Source of the DNA: Amoebidium appalachense
Taxonomy: Eukaryota > Protista > Ichthyosporea
Direction of reading: 5' to 3'
Length of the DNA stretch: 36,058 nt
Assembly: GCA_963693365.1 (NCBI GenBank)
Contig: CAVNZM010000041.1
Coordinates: 1 to 36,058, forward strand
Translations under genes and position numbers: made by a program
In this document: piece by piece, positions 12,716 through 23,046 of the stretch
Layout of the letters: the number at the start of each line of letters is the position of its first letter
Numbering within the stretch: position 1 is the stretch's first letter
Notes under the pieces: model-generated
Database searches by the model: none
Told to the model about the DNA's origin: nothing
What the model saw: only the letters and a program-made list of their open reading frames with translations

Positions 12716-13966
12716 ACCATTCAGCCTCGCACAACCATCTTCACACAATAACCCCTCATTAAGTTCCGGTTTGTGTGTAGAATCTAGAGTCATTGCCCGA
12801 GGAGATCTGTGTGACTGAAGATAGTGAGCCGAGGCGATGCGGTTACCCACTCACTTGAACGAGCCTTTCAGCAGACCAGCGCACTTGAACTTGGATGACG
12901 TGGAATAAAGAAAACAAAGAAGATAGAAACATGACCTGAAAGGGGGGGGCGGGGGGCGGGGGGGGGGATAAAACAGTTTTTCCACCCGCGTTTCGTCATC
13001 AGAGACCTAAAGAATGGTTCCGTCACAAAGACCTCAGATGCCATTGCGAGCTACTTCATCTGGCCATCGTATTTGCAAAGGTTGCTTATGCTAGCAAGAA
13101 CTGTAGGTGGATGTTTGGACTGAAGGAGGGGCCTTGGCATACAGATGCCAACGGGAATTCCTCCCTATAAGCCATCTGTGTGCTTTTCCTATCTCCAGCA
13201 TATGACGTAAGGTCGAGAACGCCCTGGACATCAATAGCCGTGCTTGAATGTCTCCAAGTAAGTGAAGGTCAAAGCCATGCCTAATGTGATTGTACTCTTC
13301 CACGGGTATGGTTAACACGTGACTGAAAGGACAGCGAAAAGAAGTGGCACATCATGCAGGTGCTGTGGGGGTGCAAGTCGTAAACATACACAAAACGCAT
13401 TTATTCTCACATAAGGATTTACTGTACTGGCAAGACTTTCTCTGTCACAGTGGCAGTGTGCAAGGAGTTCACTGGTTTAAAGCAACCTACGTTCCAGCTG
13501 TATTGTGCACCCTTGTACATTTTGACAGCTAGCCATGCAAACCAGCCCAAACAAAATCCTCCTCTAGGTCATCTTGCAGAAGGCCACCTGTGCCATCGGA
13601 AAGGAAAACAGCACCAGCATGCAATAAAAAAATAAAAAAATGCTAGCCATCCAATCCTGCAGCCCAAACGAGCCAATAGAAAGAAGCTGGTCAGGCAGTG
13701 AAACGTTATTAGAGGCGAGGTATCTAGCTGTGAAACAATCTGACAGGTACGTCGGAACTGCGAGCACGTGCACAAGGTACCCACAACCAGTCACAGCGTG
13801 TCTCTGACAAGAGCCCCGAGCACCGAAAGGGCACAGTAACCAACAGGGACTTGAGCACATCCAACATCTCGATCACTGTATGGGTAGACACCATCACCAG
13901 GCCCTGCCAGTCCACCTCAACACCCCCCATGCATCCCTATTCACCACGCTACCTATTGCTCAACCG

Positions 13967-14729
13967 CTAGACATCCTTCGTCACGACGTCGTCAACAAGT
14001 TGCTGGTTGATCCCTGCAGCTCGGCAAGCGCATTCAAAGCTGATGCGTTGCTCTTCAGTGTGAAACACGCCGTCGGGATCGGGAATTGCTAAAACTTCAA
14101 GGAACTGGTGATGGTGCATGGACGAAAACGCCATAAGGTTCTTGAAAGCGCTGATGATAATCTTGCGTCTCTCTTCGGTAGGGATAGCTTTGGCAACCTC
14201 GCCCAGAAATTCCCGACTACGGGCGAAGTCGGTTAGTGCCTCGGTTGTTGTAATTTTTTTTTTGCGCTGCAGATTCTCCCTGGGTTGTCCGCATTCTCGC
14301 CCTCTGTTCATCAGCAATGACCTCGAGCACAAAACGCACCGAGAGCTTCTGTTCTTGCAACTTGGAGTTTCTCAGCTGGTTCTCGAGGGTGTTGACTCTG
14401 TCCTTCGCAGCCCGAACTTCATCCTTCGCAGCCACAACTTCATCCTTCGCAGCCACTGTAATAGCCACAACTTCAGCCTTCGCAGCCACAACTTCAGCCT
14501 TCGCAGCCAACGCCTGGCTAAGAGCTGCGTCCTTCCCAGCCAACGCCTGGCTAACAGCTGCGTCCTTCTCGAAATACAACCGCCGCCAGAACTCAACTGA
14601 TGAAGGATCAGAGGTAGTCAGGGTACTAAGGGCACGTGTGCGCCATGAGGCCACAGTACTCACACTACTGATCGTGCATGCGGCGTGGCGCAAAAGAATG
14701 CGCGGTCGCATAAGCAAGGAGACAGCCAT
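13967..14729 (-). CDS. Coiled-coil protein with a mitochondrial-presequence-like N-terminus (about 253 aa; one-base frameshift in an A10 run)
   Basis: ORFs 14217-14729 and 13967-14332 join if one A is removed at 14254-14263. The first 40 aa are R/S/L/A/T-rich with no D/E. AAK(D/A)EVV heptads come from 21-bp tandem repeats. The C-terminal region contains LSVRFVLE..LMAFSSMHHH. Confidence 0.65.
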
Positions 14730-14974
14730 TCTTCCAAAGATGTAGTTAGTGCTTTGAAAAGACTACCGTCGATCAGTTACACACTACTGGGTAAATGTGG
14801 CTGCGTCATCGGATTCGAGGCAATCCGATCTTATTACCAATAAAAGCCGATGCGATCGCGGTTGTCCAATCAAGAAGTCCCAATCCCGTAATTTTGGACT
14901 GCTCCCCCTAGTTGAACAGTTTGGGGGGACTGGTGTAAGGGTTTTCGGGTCGGGCCGAAGGCCCTATTGGGCCG

Positions 14975-15204
14975 CCAAGCCCGGGGGCCCCGGGGACCAG
15001 GGGCCCCCCCACCCAGGGAGGCCCGGGACCGGGGGCCCCCCCACCCACGGAGGCCCGGGGGGCCACGGGGGCCCGGCGTTAGTTTACCGGGGGGCCACGG
15101 GGGCCCGGCGTTAGTTTACCGGGGGGCCACGGGGGCCCGGCGTTAGTTTACCGGGGGGCCACGGGGGCCCGGCGTTAGTTTACTACTAACGCCGGGCCCC
15201 CGTG
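14975..15204. repeat. GC-rich terminal repeat: two ~33-bp units, four perfect 32-bp units, ...ACTACT end and 20-bp hairpin
   Basis: (cggggggccacgggggcccggcgttagtttac)x4 at 15056-15183, then tact. Stem 15160-15179 pairs perfectly with 15185-15204 around loop TTACT. Confidence 0.95.
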
Positions 15205-15991
15205 CTTTTGACGGCAGGCACCAGCCTGGCCACCACCTCTGCGTCCATGCCACTCACTAACCCTACCATTTTCACCAGTAGGAAGGGGTACCCTACAAAG
15301 TTCTTCCTTGCCTCGTCCTTGTACCGGCGGTGCCACGACAAGGAAAACTTAAACATGCCCGTCAGCAACTCCAACTGCTCGCACGTGAACCTAGGGAGGG
15401 GGTGCCCGTACAGCCTGTTCATGATATAAGGTACGTGCACGTAGTGCCGTGTGAGCTTGTTCTGCCTCAACACCCTCCTTGCCTGGTCTGCACTCTCTCT
15501 GTGTTGCACGCCCCTGAATGCTGCCACCACCCCCTCCTGCATGTCCCCCATAGACGCATTCAATAGCCCTTGAACCGACTGCAGCAGCTGCTTGAAGTGG
15601 TTAATGTGTCTGTACGGCTGAGACCTCTTTCTGTCCCAGAAGGCCGTGCAGAGTCCCTCGTACGTCTTCCTCCCCTCACCGTCACTCCCCTCCCACCCCC
15701 TCCCGTCGTACACCCAGTCCTCCTCCTCCTCCTCCCCCTCCCCCCCTCCCTCCCCCCTCCTCGTACACGTACTCCTGGTCCCCTCTCACCGTCGTGCTCG
15801 TATTCGTCGTGTTCCCCCGTGCACGTCTCCCTCTCCTTGCAGGATGCCCACCAACATGCACACGGTGGCTGTGGTTTTGGTTGTGTGGTGGTGGTGTTGC
15901 AGTACATGTCATAGAGGAAGGGGCACAAGTCTAGCAGCTTCTCAGGGTCTGTGGTGTCGGCCACCATACTTAGCAGTGTGTCCTCGTCCAT
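15203..15991 (-). pseudogene. VLTF3-like late transcription factor, N-terminal and central part, endogenous viral
   Basis: PYRHINHFKQLLQSVQG..RRVLRQNKLTRHYVHVPYIMNRLYGHPLPRF..RKNFVGYPFLL follows the VLTF3 YKRINHF..YYEH...I..RKNF pattern. Cys-containing N-terminus with a frameshift near 15790. AT-rich AAAATTAAAATG start context. 3'-truncated by the hairpin. Confidence 0.82.
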
Positions 15992-16087
15992 TTTAATTTT
16001 AATTTTTTACGTGTGTGTGTGTGTGTGTGTGTGTGGCCTACGGGTGTTGCAAAAAGTGAAGTGTTTGTGTACATGTGTGTGCGCCTT

Positions 16088-16706
16088 TTATATGTTTTGG
16101 TGCCTGCTCTTTCTGGCAAGCCTCCCACCCTTGTATGCATGTACGGTGGTGGTGTTGGTGTTGTTTCTACCTGTGCCTGCATGTGGTGGTCTGCTGAACG
16201 ACACGTTTGTGTTTGTGTTTGCATTAAGTCCTGATTTTAATGGCTGTTGCCCCTCGTGCACACGGTGCACATGGTGTATACCTAAAAACACACTCTTTTT
16301 CTTTAAGTTCTTCTTCTGACCCCCCTGCCCGTGCACATGGTACCCTATTTTTCTATCTTTCAAAGCTAAGTTAACAGACACCTCATATAATTTTCAAATT
16401 TACTCTAATGTAACTTCAGGTGCTTAGATTACGTATGGTCCGCATGCTCTAACTAACCCCCTCCCCCAATCAAAACTGCAGCGTGCCCTCCGGTGCAGCC
16501 CACCCAATGGGGTAGCTGCGTACACTACCGTCTGCCGCCTCAAACACCCCCCTCTTGTCGAAGGCACCCGACTGTGTCTTGCGCTGGTCCTTGCTGGCCA
16601 GGTGGTAGTTGTGGGGGACCCCGGGCACGGGTTCACGGAGCAGCCGGTGGTTGGTGACGCTCACACTCGGCAGCTCGCCGTGCACCAGCCTACAGAGGTT
16701 GGGCAT
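16088..16706 (-). pseudogene. Decayed intronless ORF(s) upstream of and co-oriented with the VLTF3-like gene
   Basis: MPNLCRLVHGELP..GWAAPEGTLQF is followed by several TGA/TAG stops. No family recognised. Confidence 0.3.
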
Positions 16707-16746
16707 GTTGACGGTGTCGGCTGCACGGCGGGAGAGGGTGATGCCG

Positions 16747-18315
16747 CATCAGCAATCTTGCCGAAACATCCGGAACCCATAAAAGATACATTAAAGATAT
16801 CCATATACTCAAACCCATCCTGAACATAACCCTACATCCAGTTCATGGGTTTAAGATATGTAAATATAAATGGATATTAATCTTGGATATCTACGGCTAA
16901 TATGTATATAGATATCTGTTAAAACCCTGATATCCATTGGATAACTACTGTTAGGGATCCACTAGATATCCACGGGAAACGTGATATCCAGTGGATATCG
17001 AACACTAGATATGCAAATACACATGCACAACATATATACTGGATATGCAACGAAGGTATCCAGTGACTGGAAACCTGCCGAAAACCCTATCCATTATGAT
17101 ACGTAATATATATATATAACATGCATAAAAGGTGCACAATCGAGATCCAATTGATATGCTGTGGGTATTACTAACCTAAATCATATGTAATTGATACAAA
17201 AGAGATGTAATTTGATATGCAATACATATAGGTTGTGCATAGATTTATTACCGAAAATGCGGTTCATTAGATATACAGATAGCTATGTATATAGGCATAG
17301 AATACCTATATTGACTATATACAGTCAGGTCACCAATAGACCTCATAATAGTTGCCAAGTAGACCAAAGCATAGAGGTTTTATTTGTGGAAATTATTGAC
17401 ATAAATATTTTTCTGGGTAAACACGTAGGATGGGTGTTCGATACCAACATAACCATGTAGGCTTCATTTCGTGTTTTAGCAGTTAGCGGTTGGCTGCCCG
17501 CACACGGGCACCTATTAGCCAGTCAAAACATCAGATACCACAGATCACTAGACCGAGTTATGATTGGCTCGGAACAGATTTCACATATCACTAGATCGAT
17601 TTTTGATTGGTTCAGATCGGTAGGCTTAGGTATATAAGCACGACAGTTTTTAGCAGATCAGCAAGCTACAAACACATCTTCTGTGTTTAGCATCCACAGC
17701 CTTACAGCTATATATTCCTTTTCACCCACCCACCTACACCCACACACAACCCCCATTGATCCACACATACGTGCTGTTTTTTCACGGGGCGAAGCCTTCC
17801 CCCGTTTTTTGGGCACATGGACCTCACGGATCAATAAATTGATGACTGGGGGCTTGCCGTGGTTTACAACCATTGCAGGTTCACTTTCGTCCAAGGGGAT
17901 GTCCCCCTAGAGGCAACACACGTCCCGGAGTAGTTTTTCATAGATATCCAACATGCATCCCAGTATATATGCACTGGATCAGTAAATGAACAACGAAAAT
18001 GGATGTGATAGACGACCAAAAGACACCCTTTAGATATCGGCCCTTGCATATATTATATATATAAATAGACATATAGGCAGAAATCCGAACAACGTGTCTG
18101 GATATGTATGTTATATCCACAGTGATATCTAATACTTATCCGTTGCATGTATATCCTAAGGACTAATCTAATATATGAGTGATATCCAATCGGATATCAT
18201 CACTTCCGTGTCTGGATATGCACTAGATATCCAGTTTGATATAATTTAGCAGTCCATTAAATATATATCTCGATGAGTAGTCTAATATATAAATAATGCC
18301 CAATTGGATATGCAA
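16747..18315. repeat. AT-rich GGATATC/GATATCC array, probable left subterminal region of a large DNA transposon
   Basis: Many dispersed GATATC-type palindromes. Begins CATCAGCAATCTTGCC, 14/16 identical to the reverse complement of the end at 3141. Interrupted at 17376-17938. Confidence 0.6.
17376..17938 (+). mobile_element. Non-coding terminal-repeat relic of the Ngaro/DIRS-like family
   Basis: 17376 to about 17725 is a diverged inverted copy of 32618-32953, with the same ATTGG boxes and TATATAAG. Flanked by CATAGA at 17370-17375 and 17939-17944. Confidence 0.7.
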
Positions 18316-18616
18316 TACCCCCCCCCCCCCCCCTCGTTGGGATCTGGCACTTGCTCAACGACGGCAGCACAAGTCTTTATGTACACGTCATGCCCCACAG
18401 GAGCATGACCAGTTTTATCTAAGTCATGCTCACCAGGAGCATATGACACACAATCCAACACTTACTTTTGATTATGAACTATTACAGGGTCCAGTGACCT
18501 TCTTGCTTACAAACTACACATGTTTTTTTGTTACTACTATAAGACGTATTAATAAAGAAAAAAAAAAACACAAGATCAACTTGAACACACTGGGCACAAT
18601 CAAAGATAATTGTTTT

Positions 18617-18648
<32 letters not shown>

Positions 18649-19517
18649 CTTCCTTGCTTTTTTTGGTGGCGCGTTCCTCATCCTCCTCCTCATTGCGCAC
18701 CCTCTTCTTGCTGCCCTCATCCTCGCTGCCCTCGGCCTCGCTGCCCTCGGCCCCATCGCGCTCGCTGGCGTCGCCGTCCCTGTCCCCCTCTTCCTCGCTG
18801 ACATCAGCGTTCTTCACTTGCTCACGCTCGCTAGTCTCATCCTTGGGCTCGCTGTTGCTGCCATCTCCGCTGACCTGGCCACCGCTGCCGTCAGCCTCAA
18901 CCGCATCCTCATCACGGCCGCCGTCGTTGTCAGACCCCGGCTGCAAGGGGGAGACGGGGGGCTGCAGTTCTTGCTCGCCTGGGCTGTCATCCTTGTTGGC
19001 GTTGCCCCCCTTGCCCACCTCTAAGGCCACCTTGGCCTTGGCGCTTGCAGCCCTCTCGGCCAACTTCTTGGCCTGGTACTGGTCAGCCTTGAGCCTGATC
19101 TTGACCTTCTCCCAGTTCTTGATGTACTGTATATGGGGGGTATGTGCAAGCATGAATGATAAAAGGTTATAGAAATGGGGCGGAGGGAGGAGGGGGTGGG
19201 TGGGGGGGGGGGGGGGGGTAAATGTTAGTACCCAATATGTTTCAAGTCCAACAGCTATGTAAGAAGGATCAACTGAACACCCATCTAACAATGTGTATAC
19301 GGGGTGAAGCAGGCGACAGTTCCCTAAGCAGGATTCTAAACAGTAAATGTTGAATACAAACTGTTTGCTGACACCTAGGACACAAAAAGTAAACCATTCC
19401 ACTTGGCAAGGACTGTTCAAAAGTTTACAAGAAGATAAGTGCCAATAAAGCATAAAACAACCACTAAAATAAAGGATTACACAGCACACACACCTGCTTG
19501 ATGGTGGACAGCCTGGC

Positions 19518-20260
19518 TGTTGTTTTGTACGGGTCTAAGGGAGCAGAGTGCACAGAGGTGTCATGTAAAAACACGACTAACACATTAATGAGAGGGCAAT
19601 CGGAGTTGTTCACGAGACATTGAAAGATTTCAAACAACAACTGAATCTTTATTGTGCTCTCGGTTCCTTTTGTACTTGCGACTTATCACCTTATCACAAC
19701 TAAAGAGGGAGAACCAATCGGTTCTATCAGAAGATAGAAAAACACATTCCGACAGAGCATACGCATTCCAACTTCCGATTAAACTAAAGTGTAGAAACTC
19801 TTACTTAAATAAATTAAGTAATTATACATCTAGTCACTATTAACTCACATATATATTTATGTTCGTCTCTATAAAGAAACTTATTTAAATACATATATTT
19901 CCTAACAGTCGACACTCTCAAAGTGAAGACACTTTGCAATAAACCGAATTCCATATATATCTATTGTCCAATCACAACACACATATATTAACAGACAGGA
20001 ATGCACAACACAATCTACAGATGTACTCGCTCGCGACTATTGGCGAGCCATCCTTTTGAGAACAAACTAGGCCATTTTGAAATAAAGGAAAGACAACGAG
20101 TGAGGCTAGCCAATCACGCTACCTCTCAGATAAACAGAGGAGAGCAAATAGAAATAAAACACAATAAGTTCTTATCAGGCAAGAGAGCCAGGTGTGCACA
20201 GATCTACAGATATCTGTGCCCACAGAAACAAGGGAGAGAGAGATACGGGGGGGGGGGGGG

Positions 20261-20312
<52 letters not shown>

Positions 20313-20444
20313 GAGAGAGGGAGAGAGAGAGAGAGAGGGAGAGAGAGAGAGCACAAAGGAGGAAAGCAGACACGAATACAAACAAGCTAGGACACATACA
20401 TACTTCAAGGCTCTTGCTGTCATACATGGTGACGTATTCCAACA
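19518..20444 (-). repeat. Copia 3' LTR, preceded on the minus strand by PPT GAGTGGGGA (20445-20453)
   Basis: Direct repeat of 25717-26649; about 3 substitutions seen by eye plus microsatellite length differences. Confidence 0.97.
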
Positions 20445-21162
20445 TCCCCACTCAAGGGGTTGAAGTTTGTGTTCTCGTGTCTGTTGATGTGACGGTAGAT
20501 GAGGTCCAAACACAGGAGGGGCCGTCACACTCAAGTTTCCCCACTCGAGGATGCAAACCGAAGATCCTTGAGGTGGGAAGGAGAGAATCAAAACTGAAGA
20601 GGCACACAACGACGGTTGCCTCTGAAGACTCGAAATAAGAAATCATGGTGGTTATCGGCGATATATATATATAGATAGGAAACACTAGTGTATGTGTGAC
20701 GTGTTGGTGGCTAATGGTTTATACTGGGGACCACCCAGGTAAACACAAGACATGAACATCTTGTGGACTGATTTATAGACTGGTGGTCAACCAGTTAAGA
20801 CACGGGGAAGGTGCATCCCGTGGACTAGGTTTAGACTGGCAGTCAACCAGCACGTCATGGCTATAGATAATTATTTATACTGGGACGCCATCCCAGTTCG
20901 ACATATATATAAGTCGAATATAGAAGAAAACCAATATATATGGTGGGATATGAATATAAATAAACGACGGATGGTGGAGAATAATCGCCACTGAAGATGC
21001 ACACATATGACGATGGAAGACTGAGTCCCCACTGATGAAGAGAAACGATGAGGAGTAGTAGACTTTCGTTGGGAGGCATCTTGATCACCGTAGGTGTGTC
21101 AACTGCTGTCCAGGGCCCCAACCTACTCAGAAACCACTCGATGATGAACACCAGTGCACGGG

Positions 21163-23046
21163 TCAGTCACGGAGACTGAGGTTGGCACGGTGTGTGTCGT
21201 GGGCCGTACCAGCCAGAGGCTTGGTGAAGATGTCGGCCAGGTTCTTCTTGGTGTCGATGTAGGTGACAGTGACGTCCCCACTGTTGATGTAGTCCTTTGT
21301 GTTGAAGTAACGAACGGCAATGTGCTTGGTCCGGTGCTTGATGGTGTTGGAGTGGACCAGAGCAATGGTGGACTGATTGTCACAGTACACGGGGGTGGGC
21401 TCGGTCATGGGGTAGCCCAGCTCCTTTAGTAGATCACGGTGCCAGACAACATCTTGCACGGCAGCATTGAGGGCCAGGAGCTCGGCCTCACACGTGGAGG
21501 TTGCAGTGATCGTCTGCAGCTTGGAGTGGTAGGTGACGGGGGAGCCTTCGAGGAGGATGACGTACCCAGACGTGGAACGACGGGTGGTGGGGCAACCAGC
21601 AAAGTCAGAATCCGAGTAGCACTCAAGGATGGGCACCTTCAAGTTGCTGTTGGGGGCCTTCTTCTTGTAGTAGAGGCCGAGGTTGATGGTGCCGAGCAGG
21701 TAACGAACGACACGGAGGAGAAGCTCCCAGGCAGTCTTGGTGGGCTTGGAGCTGAATCGGCCGAGGTAGCCAATGGCATACGAGATGTCAGGCCGGGAGC
21801 ACCGAGCAACTTGAACCCACAGCAGACGGCCGAGGAGTTCACGGTAGGGGACGGTGGTGGGCAGGGATGAGTGGGAGGTCTCGTTGATGATGGTGCCCAC
21901 GGGAATAGGGGTGGCCTTAGGCTTGGCATCGACCAGGTTGAAGTCGGTGATGATGTCCTTGATGTAGGAGGACTGCAGCAGCTTGAGGGAGTCACGGGTG
22001 TACAGCAGTTGGGTGCCGAGGAAGATGTCTGGCAGACCGACCTTGCACTCGGCAGACTTCGTGATGTGACGAACAAGCCCCTGCATGATGGTGGAGTTCC
22101 GTGTGCAGGTGATGATGGCATCATCAACGTAGTTGCCCGAACGGATGATGTGCCCGTTGGGGAACTGACGGAAGTAGACACACGGATCGGAACGGAGACG
22201 GGTGAGGCCGTGGGCAATGAGAATGGAGTTGAAGAACTCGTACCATGCCAGGGATGCCTGCTTGAGTCCGTAGATGGCCTTCTTGAGTTTCCAGACTTTG
22301 TGTTCATTGCCAGGGAGGATAAAACCAGGAGGTTGCTCCATGTACAAAGTCTCGTCGAGGGGGCTGTTGAGGAAGGCCGTGCTGATGTCGAGTTGATGGA
22401 TCTCGTGGTCCTGTTGCACACCGAGGGCAAGCAGGGCACGGACGGAGGAGGACATGACGACGGGGGAAGAGTTTTCACCGTAGTCAACACCGTAGACTTG
22501 GGTGAAACCCTTGGCCACACCACGACCCTTGATCTTGGTGTCACCAGCAGAGTTGAGGGCCTTCTCCGTGACAATCCACTTGAATCGGATGATGTTGGCA
22601 TCGGAGGGGGGCTCAACTACGTCGAAGATGTCCTTGTCGATGAAAGCCTTGTACTCGGCAGTGAGGGCAGTCACCACTTCATCACCCTTGGTGCCAGAGC
22701 ACAGCTTCTGAATTGACCGGGGCAGCTGAGACACATCAAGGCTGGGTCGGGAGATGCTCACCATAGCCATAGCAGGCCGGGAGGCGAGACGGGAGGAACG
22801 ACGGGGAACGGTACGGAGGGGCTCAGGGGCCGGGGGGTTGTCTGTGACAGACACTCGGTGGTCGGGGATGGGGGCCTGGAAGCCAGGGATGGGTGCCGTG
22901 TTGAGGGGGGAGTCGGATAACACGGGGCTGGACGGGGCCGAGTGGAACTCCGGAGACCCAGGACGAACCGGGGTGAGATGACCAGGTACGTGGTCATTGA
23001 CGGCAGGGGCCGGCAGCAGGGGTTGCTGACCGGTGGGGGGGGGGGG
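21163..23046 (-). CDS. pol: Copia pol: reverse transcriptase and RNase H
   Basis: KGRGVAKGFTQVYGVDY, QLDISTAFLNS, KLKKAIYGLKQAS, YVDD, YSDSDFAG..RRSTSG, CDNQS, RTKHIAVRY, ADIFTKPL. Confidence 0.97.
   Translation of the reverse strand, partial: PPPPTGQQPLLPAPAVNDHVPGHLTPVRPGSPEFHSAPSSPVLSDSPLNTAPIPGFQAPIPDHRVSVTDNPPAPEPLRTVPRRSSRLASRPAMAMVSISRPSLDVSQLPRSIQKLCSGTKGDEVVTALTAEYKAFIDKDIFDVVEPPSDANIIRFKWIVTEKALNSAGDTKIKGRGVAKGFTQVYGVDYGENSSPVVMSSSVRALLALGVQQDHEIHQLDISTAFLNSPLDETLYMEQPPGFILPGNEHKVWKLKKAIYGLKQASLAWYEFFNSILIAHGLTRLRSDPCVYFRQFPNGHIIRSGNYVDDAIITCTRNSTIMQGLVRHITKSAECKVGLPDIFLGTQLLYTRDSLKLLQSSYIKDIITDFNLVDAKPKATPIPVGTIINETSHSSLPTTVPYRELLGRLLWVQVARCSRPDISYAIGYLGRFSSKPTKTAWELLLRVVRYLLGTINLGLYYKKKAPNSNLKVPILECYSDSDFAGCPTTRRSTSGYVILLEGSPVTYHSKLQTITATSTCEAELLALNAAVQDVVWHRDLLKELGYPMTEPTPVYCDNQSTIALVHSNTIKHRTKHIAVRYFNTKDYINSGDVTVTYIDTKKNLADIFTKPLAGTAHDTHRANLSLRD

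Noticed and set aside
12140-13960. Decayed coding-like sequence, including a kinase-like LARGLVYMH string
   Set aside because: All frames are interrupted and no second supporting motif was found.
15056-15183. CRISPR-like array of 32-bp repeats
   Set aside because: Units are head-to-tail with no spacers, there are no cas genes and the context is eukaryotic.
21030-21050. Hammerhead ribozyme core (CTGATGA...GAAAC), also at about 12990 on the minus strand
   Set aside because: No stem II or flanking helices can form.
23035-23046. Programmed ribosomal frameshift in Copia pol
   Set aside because: It falls in a G12 homopolymer in the IN-RT linker, where Copia is normally continuous; an indel or sequencing error is more likely.
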